Positions 16,990-26,495 of a DNA stretch of 55,542 bases are shown piece by piece. Where the stretch lies: positions 1-55,542 of the forward strand of contig QMSB01000002.1 in assembly GCA_003650815.1 (NCBI GenBank), written 5' to 3'. Origin of the DNA: Thermoprotei archaeon. Lineage in GTDB: Archaea; Thermoproteota; Thermoprotei; Thermofilales; B15-G2. The notes below the pieces were generated by a model. It saw only the letters and a list, made by a program, of their open reading frames with translations, was not told the origin of the DNA and did no database searches. How positions within the stretch are numbered: the first letter of the stretch is position 1; every line of letters starts with the position of its first letter. Position numbers and translations under genes: made by a program.

Positions 16990-17556
16990 ATGGGCATACT
17001 CATCACAAGCAGTAGGAGACCTAATCCTAGGCTACGCACTTTTTGCAAAGACTTAGCAAGAGTGCTACCTGATGCTATAAAAGTTAATAGAGGCAAAATG
17101 AGTATTGAAGAGGTAGCGCTCAAAGCGTATCAACTGAAGATAGACCATGTAGTGATAGTAGGTAAGGGTCGAGGAGGTAATCCTGGAAGACTAATATTCA
17201 TTAAGGTCTACGAAGATAGATATGAAGTATTACCTCTCATAATAGGTATTCACGGAGTCACGCTTATACGCGAAATACCCGAAGCAAGTATACCTACCAC
17301 TGTAAAAACAGCAGTCATAGCCATAAAAAGCGAGTGCCTTAAAGTAGGTGAAAGTCTCTCAGATAGCTTAGGGCTACCCTTCATTGAAGTAAGCAGGCTT
17401 CAAGACACTCAAGGTCTATCTGACATAATTCTCTGGATAGACAGCTTAAAGCAAGGCTACGTATTTAAGTTCATTAACGGTTTATCTCTAAAGCTAAGCG
17501 GCCCTATAATTCGCGTAAACAAGGTGGTCTATAAATGCCCTCTCACACTGCAGTAA
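16990..17556 (+). CDS. Brix-domain (Imp4-like) ribosome biogenesis protein
   Basis: ILITSSRRPNPRLRTFCKDLARVLPDAIKVNRGKMSIEEV matches the archaeal Brix N-terminus. Confidence 0.8.
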   Translation: MGILITSSRRPNPRLRTFCKDLARVLPDAIKVNRGKMSIEEVALKAYQLKIDHVVIVGKGRGGNPGRLIFIKVYEDRYEVLPLIIGIHGVTLIREIPEASIPTTVKTAVIAIKSECLKVGESLSDSLGLPFIEVSRLQDTQGLSDIILWIDSLKQGYVFKFINGLSLKLSGPIIRVNKVVYKCPLTLQ

Positions 17557-17798
17557 TTCGCATAGCCTTTCAGGATAGAAAGCTAGCCTCAACTCTATAT
17601 AAAGCAATAGCTCCTGACGCCGAAGAAAGAGAAGTAACACCTAAAGGCACTGTTCATGTAAGTCTAGCAGAAGATACTCTAGTGATTTTAATTAAGGCTA
17701 AAGACCTCGCAGGTCTAAGAGCAATGATTAACAGCTATCTCAGAAACCTCATGGCCGCAAAAAAGAGCCTAGATTCTCTTCTTTCGCCTCAGGGTTAA
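17535..17798 (+). CDS. Pcc1-fold KEOPS subunit (Pcc1 or Pcc2 paralog)
   Basis: A beta-alpha-beta-beta-alpha pattern: AVIRIAF..ASTLYKAIAPDAEE...VHVSLAEDTLVILIKAKDLAGLRAMINSYLRNL. Confidence 0.65.
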   Translation: MPSHTAVIRIAFQDRKLASTLYKAIAPDAEEREVTPKGTVHVSLAEDTLVILIKAKDLAGLRAMINSYLRNLMAAKKSLDSLLSPQG

Positions 17799-17898
17799 GG
17801 AATTCCTGGTGTCTGAGACTACATCGAGCTCTCCTTTAGACTTAGAGCTAGTCGTGAGAGCGAGAGTTTTTTAAGAAGCTAGTTTACTAATTTTCCGT

Positions 17899-18261
17899 AT
17901 GAGTGAAGGAATACCTCCAGGTTTGCAGGCGCAGATGGCTAGACTTCAACAACTTCAAGAAGAGCTTCAGCGAGTCCTACTTAGAAAAGAACAGTGGAGG
18001 ATCCTTATACTTGAAATAGATCGAGCTCTAAAAGAGCTAGAAAAAGTATCCGAGGACACCCCTGTCTACAAGATCTCAGGACCCCTTATGATTAAATGGA
18101 GTAAGGAGGAAGCTGTTAAGGAATTGAAAGAAAGAAGAGAGGATGCCGAACTTCACGTAAAGACTTTAGACCGTCAAGAAAGTCTAATAAGAAAGCAGAT
18201 AGAAGATCTGAGAAAAAGAATTTCAAGTCAGCTAACTTCGCTTAAACAAGGATCTGCATGA
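17899..18261 (+). CDS. pfdB: prefoldin beta subunit
   Basis: Coiled-coil QAQMARLQQLQEELQ, then the beta-hairpin core PVYKISGPLMIK, then a second coiled coil. Confidence 0.85.
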   Translation: MSEGIPPGLQAQMARLQQLQEELQRVLLRKEQWRILILEIDRALKELEKVSEDTPVYKISGPLMIKWSKEEAVKELKERREDAELHVKTLDRQESLIRKQIEDLRKRISSQLTSLKQGSA

Positions 18262-18545
18262 AACTTTCAGAAGAATTCAGAGAAAAACTCCTTAACAAAG
18301 TTGCAGACACTGTATATAGGTTCATATATTCGAAGGTAAAACACCCCGAAGATATTTTAGATATAATCATTGAAGTTGATTTTTCGGAAGATAGTGAATT
18401 CACAATTGATGTTTATGTAGACGTAAATCCCTTCTCTAAAATAGACCCTAAAGAATTAGCTGAAGCTGCAGCAGAAGAGGGGCTGAAGGTCGCAGAACAT
18501 GAACTCCTCAAGTATAAAAAGTCTGAAGTCGCTACTAGACAATAA
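18258..18545 (+). CDS. small acidic conserved hypothetical protein
   Basis: Translationally coupled to pfdB through an ATGA overlap. The family was not confidently recognised. Confidence 0.45.
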   Translation: MKLSEEFREKLLNKVADTVYRFIYSKVKHPEDILDIIIEVDFSEDSEFTIDVYVDVNPFSKIDPKELAEAAAEEGLKVAEHELLKYKKSEVATRQ

Positions 18546-19524
18546 GAGAGTACTTATTACTTGTCATAGAAACGCCGACTTAGATGCTGCTGCTAGTGTA
18601 GTAGGTTTTTCATCAATGTTGGACAGGGCTCCTTCCGAGACAATAATAGTTTTTCCTGAAGGACTAAGCAGACTCTCTAAGAAGTTTTTGTCATGTCTAG
18701 ACATTGATGTAGATTATCTGTGCGATGCCACTAATGTAGGAGACATAGATTATTTAGTGCTGCTTGACACAAACTCTCTTTCACAACTTTCAGAAAAGCT
18801 CGTAGAAATAGCGAGAAAAACAAAAATAGTAATTATAGATCATCATCTATGGCGCAGAAAATACCCTGAAAACACTGTCATAGCTATAGTTGATAAAACT
18901 TATCTTTCAACGTCAAGCATAGTGTATGATTTAGCGAAGAAAGAAGGACATAAGTTTAACAAAAATATTCTCACACTCCTTCTAGGAGGAATACTATATG
19001 ATACAAAGAGGCTCTCTTTACTAAACTCTAAAGTGCTACGACTCGTGGCCAATATATTAGACGAGGGCGGCGACTATGCCACCGCTTCTAGGTTACTAAG
19101 GCATGAAATGGATATATCAGAAAAAATAGCTCGCTTTAAGGCGTCCCAAAGAGTAAAAGTGTATAGAATTGGAGACTTACTTATAGCAGCGACCAGAGTC
19201 GATGCATTCGAAGCTTCAGTAGCCCGATTGTTCTTAGAAATGGGTGCAGATGTAGCAGTAGTAGTCAGTCAACAAAAGAGAGGCAAGGTCCGAGTAATCG
19301 CGAGAAGTTCTCCCGAGTTCTTTAAGAGAACAAAAATCAGTTTAGGCTCACACATAATGCCAGTAATCGGTGAGATAATCCAGGGAGAAGGAGGAGGACA
19401 CGATACAGCAGGAGGCGCTCAGGGGGTATATGACGCAGATAGGCTAGTAGAACTTGTCGTCAAAATAATCGTGGAAAAAATCGTGGGACAGCAGATAGAT
19501 CTGAAAATTATCGAAGTCAAGTAA
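18499..19524 (+). CDS. DHH/DHHA1 family phosphoesterase (NrnA-like)
   Basis: Motifs HRNADLDAAAS, LLDTN, IIDHH and GGGHDTAGGA. Confidence 0.8.
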   Translation: MNSSSIKSLKSLLDNKRVLITCHRNADLDAAASVVGFSSMLDRAPSETIIVFPEGLSRLSKKFLSCLDIDVDYLCDATNVGDIDYLVLLDTNSLSQLSEKLVEIARKTKIVIIDHHLWRRKYPENTVIAIVDKTYLSTSSIVYDLAKKEGHKFNKNILTLLLGGILYDTKRLSLLNSKVLRLVANILDEGGDYATASRLLRHEMDISEKIARFKASQRVKVYRIGDLLIAATRVDAFEASVARLFLEMGADVAVVVSQQKRGKVRVIARSSPEFFKRTKISLGSHIMPVIGEIIQGEGGGHDTAGGAQGVYDADRLVELVVKIIVEKIVGQQIDLKIIEVK

Positions 19525-19561
19525 TCAAAGCTCTTATAAACACTTGCACTCTATTTTTAAC

Positions 19562-19909
19562 ATGGACATGGACTACAAGAAATTCAAGAAACTCTTCCCT
19601 CATCTAGCAGAGGAGATATCAAGAAAAGAAATGTGTATTTCCATCAGCGGCGTCAGATGGCACGAGGAAGAAGAGGAAGACGAGCTCCGAAATCCAGGAG
19701 TGATCTCTTTCATCAGAAGATGCCGAACAGAGAAAGAAGCACTAGAAGTTATCGAGTGGATGGAGAAAAGAGGAGAAATTTCAAAAGAGTACGCAGACGA
19801 CCTTAGGAAACAGCTCAAGACTAGGGGCTTAAGGTCTTTCGGACCTTTCAAGGAAGACGGATACTATTTCAAAAAATACTACTTCAAGCAGCGGAGGAGG
19901 CTTGAGTAG
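19562..19909 (+). CDS. conserved archaeal hypothetical protein (DUF2095-like)
   Basis: Contains FPHLAEEIS...ISFIRRCRTEKEALEVIEWMEKRGEISKEYADDLRKQL..GLRSFG. The family assignment is from memory only. Confidence 0.45.
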   Translation: MDMDYKKFKKLFPHLAEEISRKEMCISISGVRWHEEEEEDELRNPGVISFIRRCRTEKEALEVIEWMEKRGEISKEYADDLRKQLKTRGLRSFGPFKEDGYYFKKYYFKQRRRLE

Positions 19910-20516
19910 CCTTTAAGGGAGGAGCCTTTAAAGGTATCTCGAAGGTAGGTGTCAGAACCTTTATCTTCCTCACTTCACATTTGCGGAGAGGATATATCTT
20001 CTTAGCTCTGTTGAATATCTCCGCTGAGATTTTTCCGAGCACGGCCTCCTGAATAAAAGCGTCGAAGTCTAGTTTGGAGGCAAACTCCTCTACGACCTCT
20101 TTCATCATCTTCCTTATAGCCTTCTTTTGCGAAGTCTTGGCTCTATGAAGAGTGATGGCCATAACCATTACTCTCAAGTGGACTCCGTCCTTTGTATATA
20201 CGTCGAATATTCCATCTACTTTAGAGGATCCTCTTCTAACAAGACTCCTTATGTAGTCTCTTGTTAATTCAAAGCCTTTGAACTGGGTATGAGCTCTGTC
20301 GCCATCAACTTTTACGATTTGAAACTTTAGCTTGTAAGGTAGTTGAGTGATATCCTTAGTCAGGTCAAAGAGACTTACTTCAATAGTTCTTCTGAGAAGG
20401 TGTTTATCAGTTAAAGCAGGTACTAAGCCCAGTTCAGCGTAACCGAAGGCGCTTGACGCATATACGGTATACCATTTCTTCATACTCCACTTATCTCGTC
20501 GTCTTCTCTCAGACAA
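19884..20516 (-). CDS. rps3ae: 30S ribosomal protein S3Ae (eS1)
   Basis: Contains KWSMKKWYTVYAS, IEVSLFDLT and FKGFELTRDYIRSLVRR. Confidence 0.9.
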   Translation of the reverse strand: MSERRRRDKWSMKKWYTVYASSAFGYAELGLVPALTDKHLLRRTIEVSLFDLTKDITQLPYKLKFQIVKVDGDRAHTQFKGFELTRDYIRSLVRRGSSKVDGIFDVYTKDGVHLRVMVMAITLHRAKTSQKKAIRKMMKEVVEEFASKLDFDAFIQEAVLGKISAEIFNRAKKIYPLRKCEVRKIKVLTPTFEIPLKAPPLKATQASSAA

Positions 20517-20535
20517 GGTTTCACCTCTACGCCTT

Positions 20536-20826
20536 CTAGAGACTTCTATTACTGCTATTTAAATTTGTCTTTATAGCATCTAACGATCGATAAGCCGCGG
20601 CAATACATCTGAGAATATCATTTACGGTCTGCTTGGCTCTGTCGATTCTTCCTTCGCTGTCGATGATTAGTATATGTAGCTCATTACCAAGAGCACTAGA
20701 CTGCACTCTCAAAAAGGGGGAGCTCTGCTCATTGTCAGGTGTGAGAGAGGCATTAATACTTTGAGCAGTATTTTTGCTTTTGAAGGATAAGATTATCAAT
20801 ATTACTACCTGCCCGTGTTTTTTCAT
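20536..20826 (-). CDS. second Pcc1-fold protein (KEOPS Pcc1 or Pcc2 paralog)
   Basis: It can be aligned by eye to 17535..17798 (AQSINASLTPDNE...LHILIIDSEGRIDRAKQTVNDILRCI). It is coupled by an ATGA overlap to the upstream RecJ-like gene. Confidence 0.5.
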   Translation of the reverse strand: MKKHGQVVILIILSFKSKNTAQSINASLTPDNEQSSPFLRVQSSALGNELHILIIDSEGRIDRAKQTVNDILRCIAAAYRSLDAIKTNLNSSNRSL

Positions 20827-22259
20827 GGCAACTCCCTCTCCAAGGTTCTTAAAAACCAGTTGATTTTCTCCTCGGGTATTGTTGCTCCAGCTGCCTTTTC
20901 ATGTCCTCCAGCCTCGCAACCAGTTATTTTAGCTATTTTAGATACAAGGTCTCCTAGAGAGAATTTGGGTATGTCTTTTAGTAATCTGAAGGAAACTTTA
21001 ACGTGGTTAGGCTTGGAGGAAGAGGCTATGAGAGCTAATAGTGTGTATTTTCCTTTAAACATGGGCTTCGATGAAAGTATGGATGAGATAGCTCCGCTTA
21101 TCCTCTCGTCTATTAGACTAAAGCAGTCTACTACTATTGTTTTATTCAAGTAGTTAATTGGCACTTTCTCTTCACTAATTGTTTTTAGGGTTTCACTCAA
21201 TATTCTTCTGTATTTATTTAGAATATTTAGTACTTCATTATAGTAGCTTAGCTTGTTTAGGCAAATTAGTATGCCTATCCATTCTTCTCTTAGTCTCCCA
21301 CATGCGTTAAGAAGAGAAGCGAATTCTCTTGCATCATAGAGCTCTGGATATTTCTCATATGCGTTGATAAAGTATGAGTAACCTAGGATTTTCTCAGCTT
21401 CTTGAGGAGGCACTCCTTCACAAATCATGTGCTTAACTAGCTCTACTACAAGTGTCTTTACCTCATCTTCACTTAAGTCTTTGAGGTATCGAGGCTTTCC
21501 TTCATGGTCAAATGGCTCTATCGAAATTCTTTTGAGGAAGTCTATACAGGCTCTTTCGTCTCCGGTGAGCCCTGGTATATACGGCTCTATCGTGTACTCT
21601 AGACATTTATGAAGAGGTCGTCTTCTTATTCCAAAAAGCCTAATGTTTATTTCACGTGAGATAATCTTTCTCTCCAATGCGTCCTTTAGGATTAGCTTAT
21701 TTAAGCCTAAGAAATCACACTTCTCTCCTTGGTCCTGCCTATCGCCTAATGCTCCAATAACTGCTAGGTGTACACTTTTCTCACCGACGTCTTTATCCAG
21801 CTCTTTAGCTAGAAGATAAGTTATTCCTGCTGTGCTGACTTGGGTAGACCCGTTAATACCATAATTCCATGGATTTACTTCATGTATTTTTTCACTGCTA
21901 ACAGATTCTGCTGAAGGTATGTGATGATCTAAGATAACTATATTAAGCTTAAGGTTTACTGCCATTTCTTCAAGTAATTTTCTATGCCTACTTCCCATGT
22001 CGCATAAAATGAGACACTTATATTCTGGGTATTTTTCAATTAATAGTCTCAAGTCTTCTGCTGAGGGCTGTTCTATGATTTTTATGTGAAAACTTGTCTT
22101 TCTTTTAATTAAAATGTTAGCAATAATCGCAGCTGATGAAAGTCCGTCGGCGTCATAGTGAGAAATTATTAGAAAGGGACCCTCTGAAACTAACTTCTCT
22201 AAATAACTGGCTACTCTCTTCAGCTGACTATTAAAAGCTTTCGCATTGTTGAGCGACAT
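20823..22259 (-). CDS. RecJ-like DHH family exonuclease (archaeal RecJ/Cdc45/GAN-type)
   Basis: Motifs ISHYDADGLSSAAI, ILCDMG, ILDHHIP and GGHEKAAGATI. Confidence 0.8.
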   Translation of the reverse strand: MSLNNAKAFNSQLKRVASYLEKLVSEGPFLIISHYDADGLSSAAIIANILIKRKTSFHIKIIEQPSAEDLRLLIEKYPEYKCLILCDMGSRHRKLLEEMAVNLKLNIVILDHHIPSAESVSSEKIHEVNPWNYGINGSTQVSTAGITYLLAKELDKDVGEKSVHLAVIGALGDRQDQGEKCDFLGLNKLILKDALERKIISREINIRLFGIRRRPLHKCLEYTIEPYIPGLTGDERACIDFLKRISIEPFDHEGKPRYLKDLSEDEVKTLVVELVKHMICEGVPPQEAEKILGYSYFINAYEKYPELYDAREFASLLNACGRLREEWIGILICLNKLSYYNEVLNILNKYRRILSETLKTISEEKVPINYLNKTIVVDCFSLIDERISGAISSILSSKPMFKGKYTLLALIASSSKPNHVKVSFRLLKDIPKFSLGDLVSKIAKITGCEAGGHEKAAGATIPEEKINWFLRTLERELP

Positions 22260-22705
22260 TAGCCAAATATACTTATTCTCTCTACCTTATATTCCCAGTG
22301 AGGTGGTAACACTCCTTCCCTTTTATAGTATTTAACTAATCTTGCTATCTTAGCTTCTACTAACTGTAGGCCTCTTCTAGAATGATAATCCTTTGGATGC
22401 TCTTCTAGATGTTTTCTAATTCTTATGGCTCTTTTAATTAAGTTAGCTAAGTCTTCTGGAATTGATGGCGCTAATCCATGTTCTTTAAGTATTTGACATA
22501 TTTTCTTTCCTGTTACCTGCTTTACTAGTGGTATTCCATACTGATCTCTCAGTATTATTCCTATCATGGACGGAGGATATCCTTTTCTAGCTAATGTTAT
22601 GACTAAGTTTTCTACTTCCTCAGGCGTATACTTGACCCAAGGTGGTGTAGTTCTTCTAGCTGGCCTCGTTGAGTGAGACTTACCCTTCTTCTTCCGCTTA
22701 TTCAC
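22259..22705 (-). CDS. rps15: 30S ribosomal protein S15 (uS15/S13e)
   Basis: Contains [39 protein letters not shown] and [19 protein letters not shown]. Confidence 0.9.
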   Translation of the reverse strand: MNKRKKKGKSHSTRPARRTTPPWVKYTPEEVENLVITLARKGYPPSMIGIILRDQYGIPLVKQVTGKKICQILKEHGLAPSIPEDLANLIKRAIRIRKHLEEHPKDYHSRRGLQLVEAKIARLVKYYKREGVLPPHWEYKVERISIFG

Positions 22706-22838
22706 AGAACTATCGAAGACCGGAGGTAAATATATTTTTTTATATATAAGGAAGAGACCTTTGACTACAGATGTTTAGATATATACCTAACTGAAATTTT
22801 ATTAATTTCAGGAATAATATCTTATTACATTGTTTATT

Positions 22839-23537
22839 TTAGGTAGTTATCTGCCCTCTCTTTCTCTTAATTCTTCGCTCACTTACATACCGTCCTCGCA
22901 TTCTTATGTCCTTTACATTGCTGAGTATCTTCTCCGTCTTATTTTTTCCTCTAGCTTTCTCATAACCTCTGATAAAGTGCTTGAAAACATCCTCCGCTAT
23001 AGAGAAGTGTGTACTCTCTAAAGAGCGTAAGAACAGGTGTAGATCTACGCTCTGGTCTTCGTAGTCTCTAGAAAATGCTCCTAGCCCAAAGTCAATAAGC
23101 ACTGGTTTTGCGTTACACACCATTATATTAGATGTTGTGAGATCCCCGTGAACGATTCCGGCCTCATGTAGACAACCTGCAAAATAGCCTGCTTCCTCGA
23201 GTATGTTCGCTAAGTTATTTACCTTTTTCTTTTCAAGCACTTTTTTCAGCAATTCTCCTTCGAGAAATTCTATTACAATGGTTGTTTTCGCTAAGTCGAT
23301 GGCATAGACTGCTGGTGCTGGAACTCCGCTTTTGATACTGTAGTGAAGAAGCTTTGCTTCTAGTAATGTCCTGCGTCTTCTCAGAAACTCGTCGAGTTCT
23401 CTGCATCGGTATGGTTTAGGTATTCTTACTTTCTTTACTGCAGGATGTCCTAGAAACGTTGTCTTTACTATTAGGGCTTCAGCTCCCCAGCTCAGAACTT
23501 CTTCAGTCTTGCTTAAACCATGGTATATCGACTTCAT
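22839..23537 (-). CDS. bud32: KEOPS kinase/ATPase Bud32
   Basis: Contains GAEALIVKTTFLGHPAVKKVR, the catalytic loop HGDLTTSNIMV, and LIDFGL. Confidence 0.85.
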   Translation of the reverse strand: MKSIYHGLSKTEEVLSWGAEALIVKTTFLGHPAVKKVRIPKPYRCRELDEFLRRRRTLLEAKLLHYSIKSGVPAPAVYAIDLAKTTIVIEFLEGELLKKVLEKKKVNNLANILEEAGYFAGCLHEAGIVHGDLTTSNIMVCNAKPVLIDFGLGAFSRDYEDQSVDLHLFLRSLESTHFSIAEDVFKHFIRGYEKARGKNKTEKILSNVKDIRMRGRYVSERRIKRKRGQITT

Positions 23538-24534
23538 CTAGACGCCACCTAGGTCTAATATAGCTTTTTTCGACTGGTATAGTTATGCCATGAGAGTAGC
23601 ATAAGTAGCCTGTGTAAGCTATCATGCCACCGTTATCACCTGCATATTCTGCTGGAACAGTCATGAAGTTCACTGAATGGAGTTTACACATGATTTCTAG
23701 TTTCTTTTGTAGGACCTTACTTCTAGCTACTCCTCCGGTTAGGACTACAGAGTTCTTCCTTGTATGAGCAAGAGCTCTTTCAGTTACTTCAATTAACATT
23801 CCGTAAGCTGTCTCTATGAAACTATAGCATAGGTCTTCTAAGGAATAGTTAGTATCCGAAGACGCGATCTCCAGTGCCTTAGTTAAAAGCCCTGAAAGAG
23901 ATAAGTCTTGACCCTTTACGATATAAGGCAGCTCAATAAATTTCTTAGCCTTTTTGGCTTTCTCCTCTAAGTGAGGAGGACCTGGTAGCCCTAGACCTAT
24001 TTCTCTCGCAAACACATCTAAACAGTTTCCTAGCGCTATGTCCAATGTTTCTCCAAATACTCTGTAGCGTCCGTCGCTGTATGCAGCTATGATAGTGTTT
24101 CCCCCAGAAACATAAACTACTAATGGATCACTTACTTTTAAGAGATAGCGTGCTATTTCTATGTGAGCTACGCAGTGATTCACCGGAACAAGAGGCTTGC
24201 TGTAGTGTGCAGCTAATGCTCTAGCAACACTACATCCTACTCTCAGGCAAGGACCTAGACCTGGACCGAAAGACGCGGCTACTGCTGTAATATCTTCCAT
24301 CTTAACATTTGCTATAGACAAAGCTTTTGACAAAACTTTGTGAGCTACGGACGCATGATGTTCTGCTGCTTCGCGGGGATGAATTCCTCCTTCTAGAGGT
24401 ACGTAAGCGTCGTTGACGTTTGCTAGAATCCCCTTGAGACTAGAAAATATTCCTACACCGAAAGTGTGGGCTGTAGTCTCAATACCTAAGATTATTATCT
24501 CGTTTAAGCTCATGAGACAGCTACTTAAATACAC
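23503..24534 (-). CDS. kae1: tRNA N6-adenosine threonylcarbamoyltransferase Kae1
   Basis: Contains ILGIETTAHTFGVGIF, metal-binding VNHCVAHIE, YVSGGNT and LTGGVA. Confidence 0.92.
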   Translation of the reverse strand: MYLSSCLMSLNEIIILGIETTAHTFGVGIFSSLKGILANVNDAYVPLEGGIHPREAAEHHASVAHKVLSKALSIANVKMEDITAVAASFGPGLGPCLRVGCSVARALAAHYSKPLVPVNHCVAHIEIARYLLKVSDPLVVYVSGGNTIIAAYSDGRYRVFGETLDIALGNCLDVFAREIGLGLPGPPHLEEKAKKAKKFIELPYIVKGQDLSLSGLLTKALEIASSDTNYSLEDLCYSFIETAYGMLIEVTERALAHTRKNSVVLTGGVARSKVLQKKLEIMCKLHSVNFMTVPAEYAGDNGGMIAYTGYLCYSHGITIPVEKSYIRPRWRLDEVDIPWFKQD

Positions 24535-24540
24535 TGAAGA

Positions 24541-24714
24541 CTATTTGCCTTTCTTTGCAACGAAAATCGTGTAGCCGCATCTTCCACAGTGATGTCTTTC
24601 AACTGGCTGTAGATGGTGAGCCATTATAGACCCGCAGCGCGGACACTTCTTGTTCTTGAGCCTTATATATCCTTTCTCATAATCATATTCGTATAGCTTA
24701 TGGACATGCGCCAT
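24541..24714 (-). CDS. rps27ae: 30S ribosomal protein S27ae (eS31)
   Basis: A 57-aa ORF below the track threshold: [57 protein letters not shown] (CPRCG...CGRCGYT zinc ribbon). Confidence 0.85.
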   Translation of the reverse strand: MAHVHKLYEYDYEKGYIRLKNKKCPRCGSIMAHHLQPVERHHCGRCGYTIFVAKKGK

Positions 24715-24724
24715 ATACTCAACC

Positions 24725-25087
24725 TCAACTCTTACGTTTTAGCTCCTCTAATTTCTTTTTCCTCTCCTCGGGCGGAAGATTTTTTAAGATTATATGTAGC
24801 GGCTCTACTTTCTGTGCTCGCTCAGGAGTCCTGTAGATATGAACCTCGGCTCTACTTCTTCCTACACCGAATTCCGTGATTATTTTCCGAATATAAATAG
24901 TGTTTAAGTCTACTTTGAGCTGCTTGGACAGGTACTGTCTCACGTCGTATACTTTAGGTGTACTCTTTGCAAAGTGATGGATTGTCATTTCTAGTTCTCT
25001 CCTTTCGAGTAGAGGATTTACTCTCTCTCTAACTATTTCTATCTCAAAGCCGTATTCATTCTTCTCTGCCGCTTGACCGCCCTCCAT
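24725..25087 (-). CDS. rps24e: 30S ribosomal protein S24e
   Basis: Contains [15 protein letters not shown] and [13 protein letters not shown]. Confidence 0.9.
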   Translation of the reverse strand: MEGGQAAEKNEYGFEIEIVRERVNPLLERRELEMTIHHFAKSTPKVYDVRQYLSKQLKVDLNTIYIRKIITEFGVGRSRAEVHIYRTPERAQKVEPLHIILKNLPPEERKKKLEELKRKS

Positions 25088-25147
25088 AATCTTCTCCTCA
25101 TTAGAAATTTGTGAATATATATTAAGCTTACTACTTAAGTACAGGCC

Positions 25148-25354
25148 TTACCGCACTCTTAAAGCGTATCTTCCAGGCTTTTCTATTCCTAGCTTACTTG
25201 CGACAAGAGATTTCTCTGGATCGGTAACTATTATCATGCCGCTCCACTCTGTGGAAAATTCTCTCGATCCGCAAATAGGACAAGTCTCGGTCTTTATATC
25301 GACGAGAGCTTTACAGTTCTTACAGGCTTTCCACGAAGAAAGTCTTCTAGGCAC
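25148..25354 (-). CDS. spt4: transcription elongation factor Spt4 (RpoE'')
   Basis: Contains KACKNCKALV...CPICGS and WSGMIIVTDPEKS. Confidence 0.85.
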   Translation of the reverse strand: MPRRLSSWKACKNCKALVDIKTETCPICGSREFSTEWSGMIIVTDPEKSLVASKLGIEKPGRYALRVR

Positions 25355-25360
25355 TTAACA

Positions 25361-25933
25361 TCACCTGGTTTTAGCTTTTTTCTTGAGCTGAGTTTCTTCT
25401 TCTATCCATTCTATTTTACCTAAAGCTGGCTGTCTCATAGTCATATGTACTCGAAAAGTCTTTAATTCTCCGGTACCGTAGCTCACTGAAGTTATTCTAG
25501 CTCTTATAATATCTCCCTTCTTTACTATCCTTTGCTTCTTTTTGCCGATTAGCGCTTGCTGAGCTCTATCGTAAGTGAATTCTTCTTCTTCCTCTATTTG
25601 CGAGACATGAATAAAACCATCAATGGGACCTAATCTTACAAATATGCCATATTTCTCGACGGTCTCTATGTCCCCTTCGACAACTTCGTTTTGAAGTGGA
25701 GTGAAGACTAGGGCATCGAAAAATACTTTATGGTAGAGAGCTCCGTCGCCCGGAATAATTTTACCTACATCAGAAACTTTGACGTTAACTACAGCTATTA
25801 CTATCCCTAGATTAGGTATTGTTCTGCCCTCGTAGTTCTCTTTGACCAATTCTAGTGCTGCCTCCTCTATAGGTTTCTTGAAATAACTGGGTGGAATACG
25901 CAATACATCTTCTATCGAGACTATTTGATACAC
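25361..25933 (-). CDS. rpoE: DNA-directed RNA polymerase subunit E' (Rpo7)
   Basis: The N-terminal MYQIVSIEDVLRIPPSYF, then EGDIETVEKYGIFVRLGPIDGFIHVSQI (S1 domain). Confidence 0.9.
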   Translation of the reverse strand: MYQIVSIEDVLRIPPSYFKKPIEEAALELVKENYEGRTIPNLGIVIAVVNVKVSDVGKIIPGDGALYHKVFFDALVFTPLQNEVVEGDIETVEKYGIFVRLGPIDGFIHVSQIEEEEEFTYDRAQQALIGKKKQRIVKKGDIIRARITSVSYGTGELKTFRVHMTMRQPALGKIEWIEEETQLKKKAKTR

Positions 25934-26006
25934 GCCAGAAAAATATATTAATGCTATATATTTTTAGCCGTTTACTCACTGCTTACAGAAACACCTTACT
26001 AAAGCC

Positions 26007-26435
26007 TTAGTCACTGTAAGCAAACTCTATTTTTCTTTTCTTAATATTAATGAATATGACAGGTATTTTTTCAGAGACGAGTATTCTCGCGAGATACTTA
26101 TCGTTTGTAGCTACAATACATCTATGTTTCTTAGCATACTCGATGATTTTCATGTCCACTGGCTCGTATTTGCTGTTATAATTTTCTATTCTACAGTGAG
26201 TTTCTATAAACTTTTCTATAAGCTTGAATACCTTTCTTATCTTACTCTTATTCTTTTTTGAAATATTTTCTAGTTCTTCTATGCTGTCCCTTAAGATCAC
26301 TAGCTCGTAGTTCTTTCCATATTCTCTTCTTAGCCAGTAATTGATATCAATTTTATTAGTTATTGCCGTTATTAGAAAACTTAGGTCTATTAGGATTATT
26401 TTCTTATCCATAAGCGAGTATATACAAATTAACAC
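26007..26435 (-). CDS. PIN-domain protein (Fcf1/Utp24-like, COG1412-type)
   Basis: The C-terminal CIVATNDKYLARIL motif, in the conserved position next to rpoE/spt4. Confidence 0.65.
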   Translation of the reverse strand: MLICIYSLMDKKIILIDLSFLITAITNKIDINYWLRREYGKNYELVILRDSIEELENISKKNKSKIRKVFKLIEKFIETHCRIENYNSKYEPVDMKIIEYAKKHRCIVATNDKYLARILVSEKIPVIFINIKKRKIEFAYSD

Positions 26436-26495
26436 CTTGAGTATAACCAGTTAAGCAGTACTTTATTAGTTTAACGACCTATTTTTAAACAATTA

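Noticed and set aside
22791-22811. Perfect 7-bp hairpin ctgaaat-tttatta-atttcag just downstream of bud32.
   Set aside because: Archaeal termination relies mainly on T-tracts, and the hairpin is AT-only and short. There is no basis to call it a terminator or a binding site.
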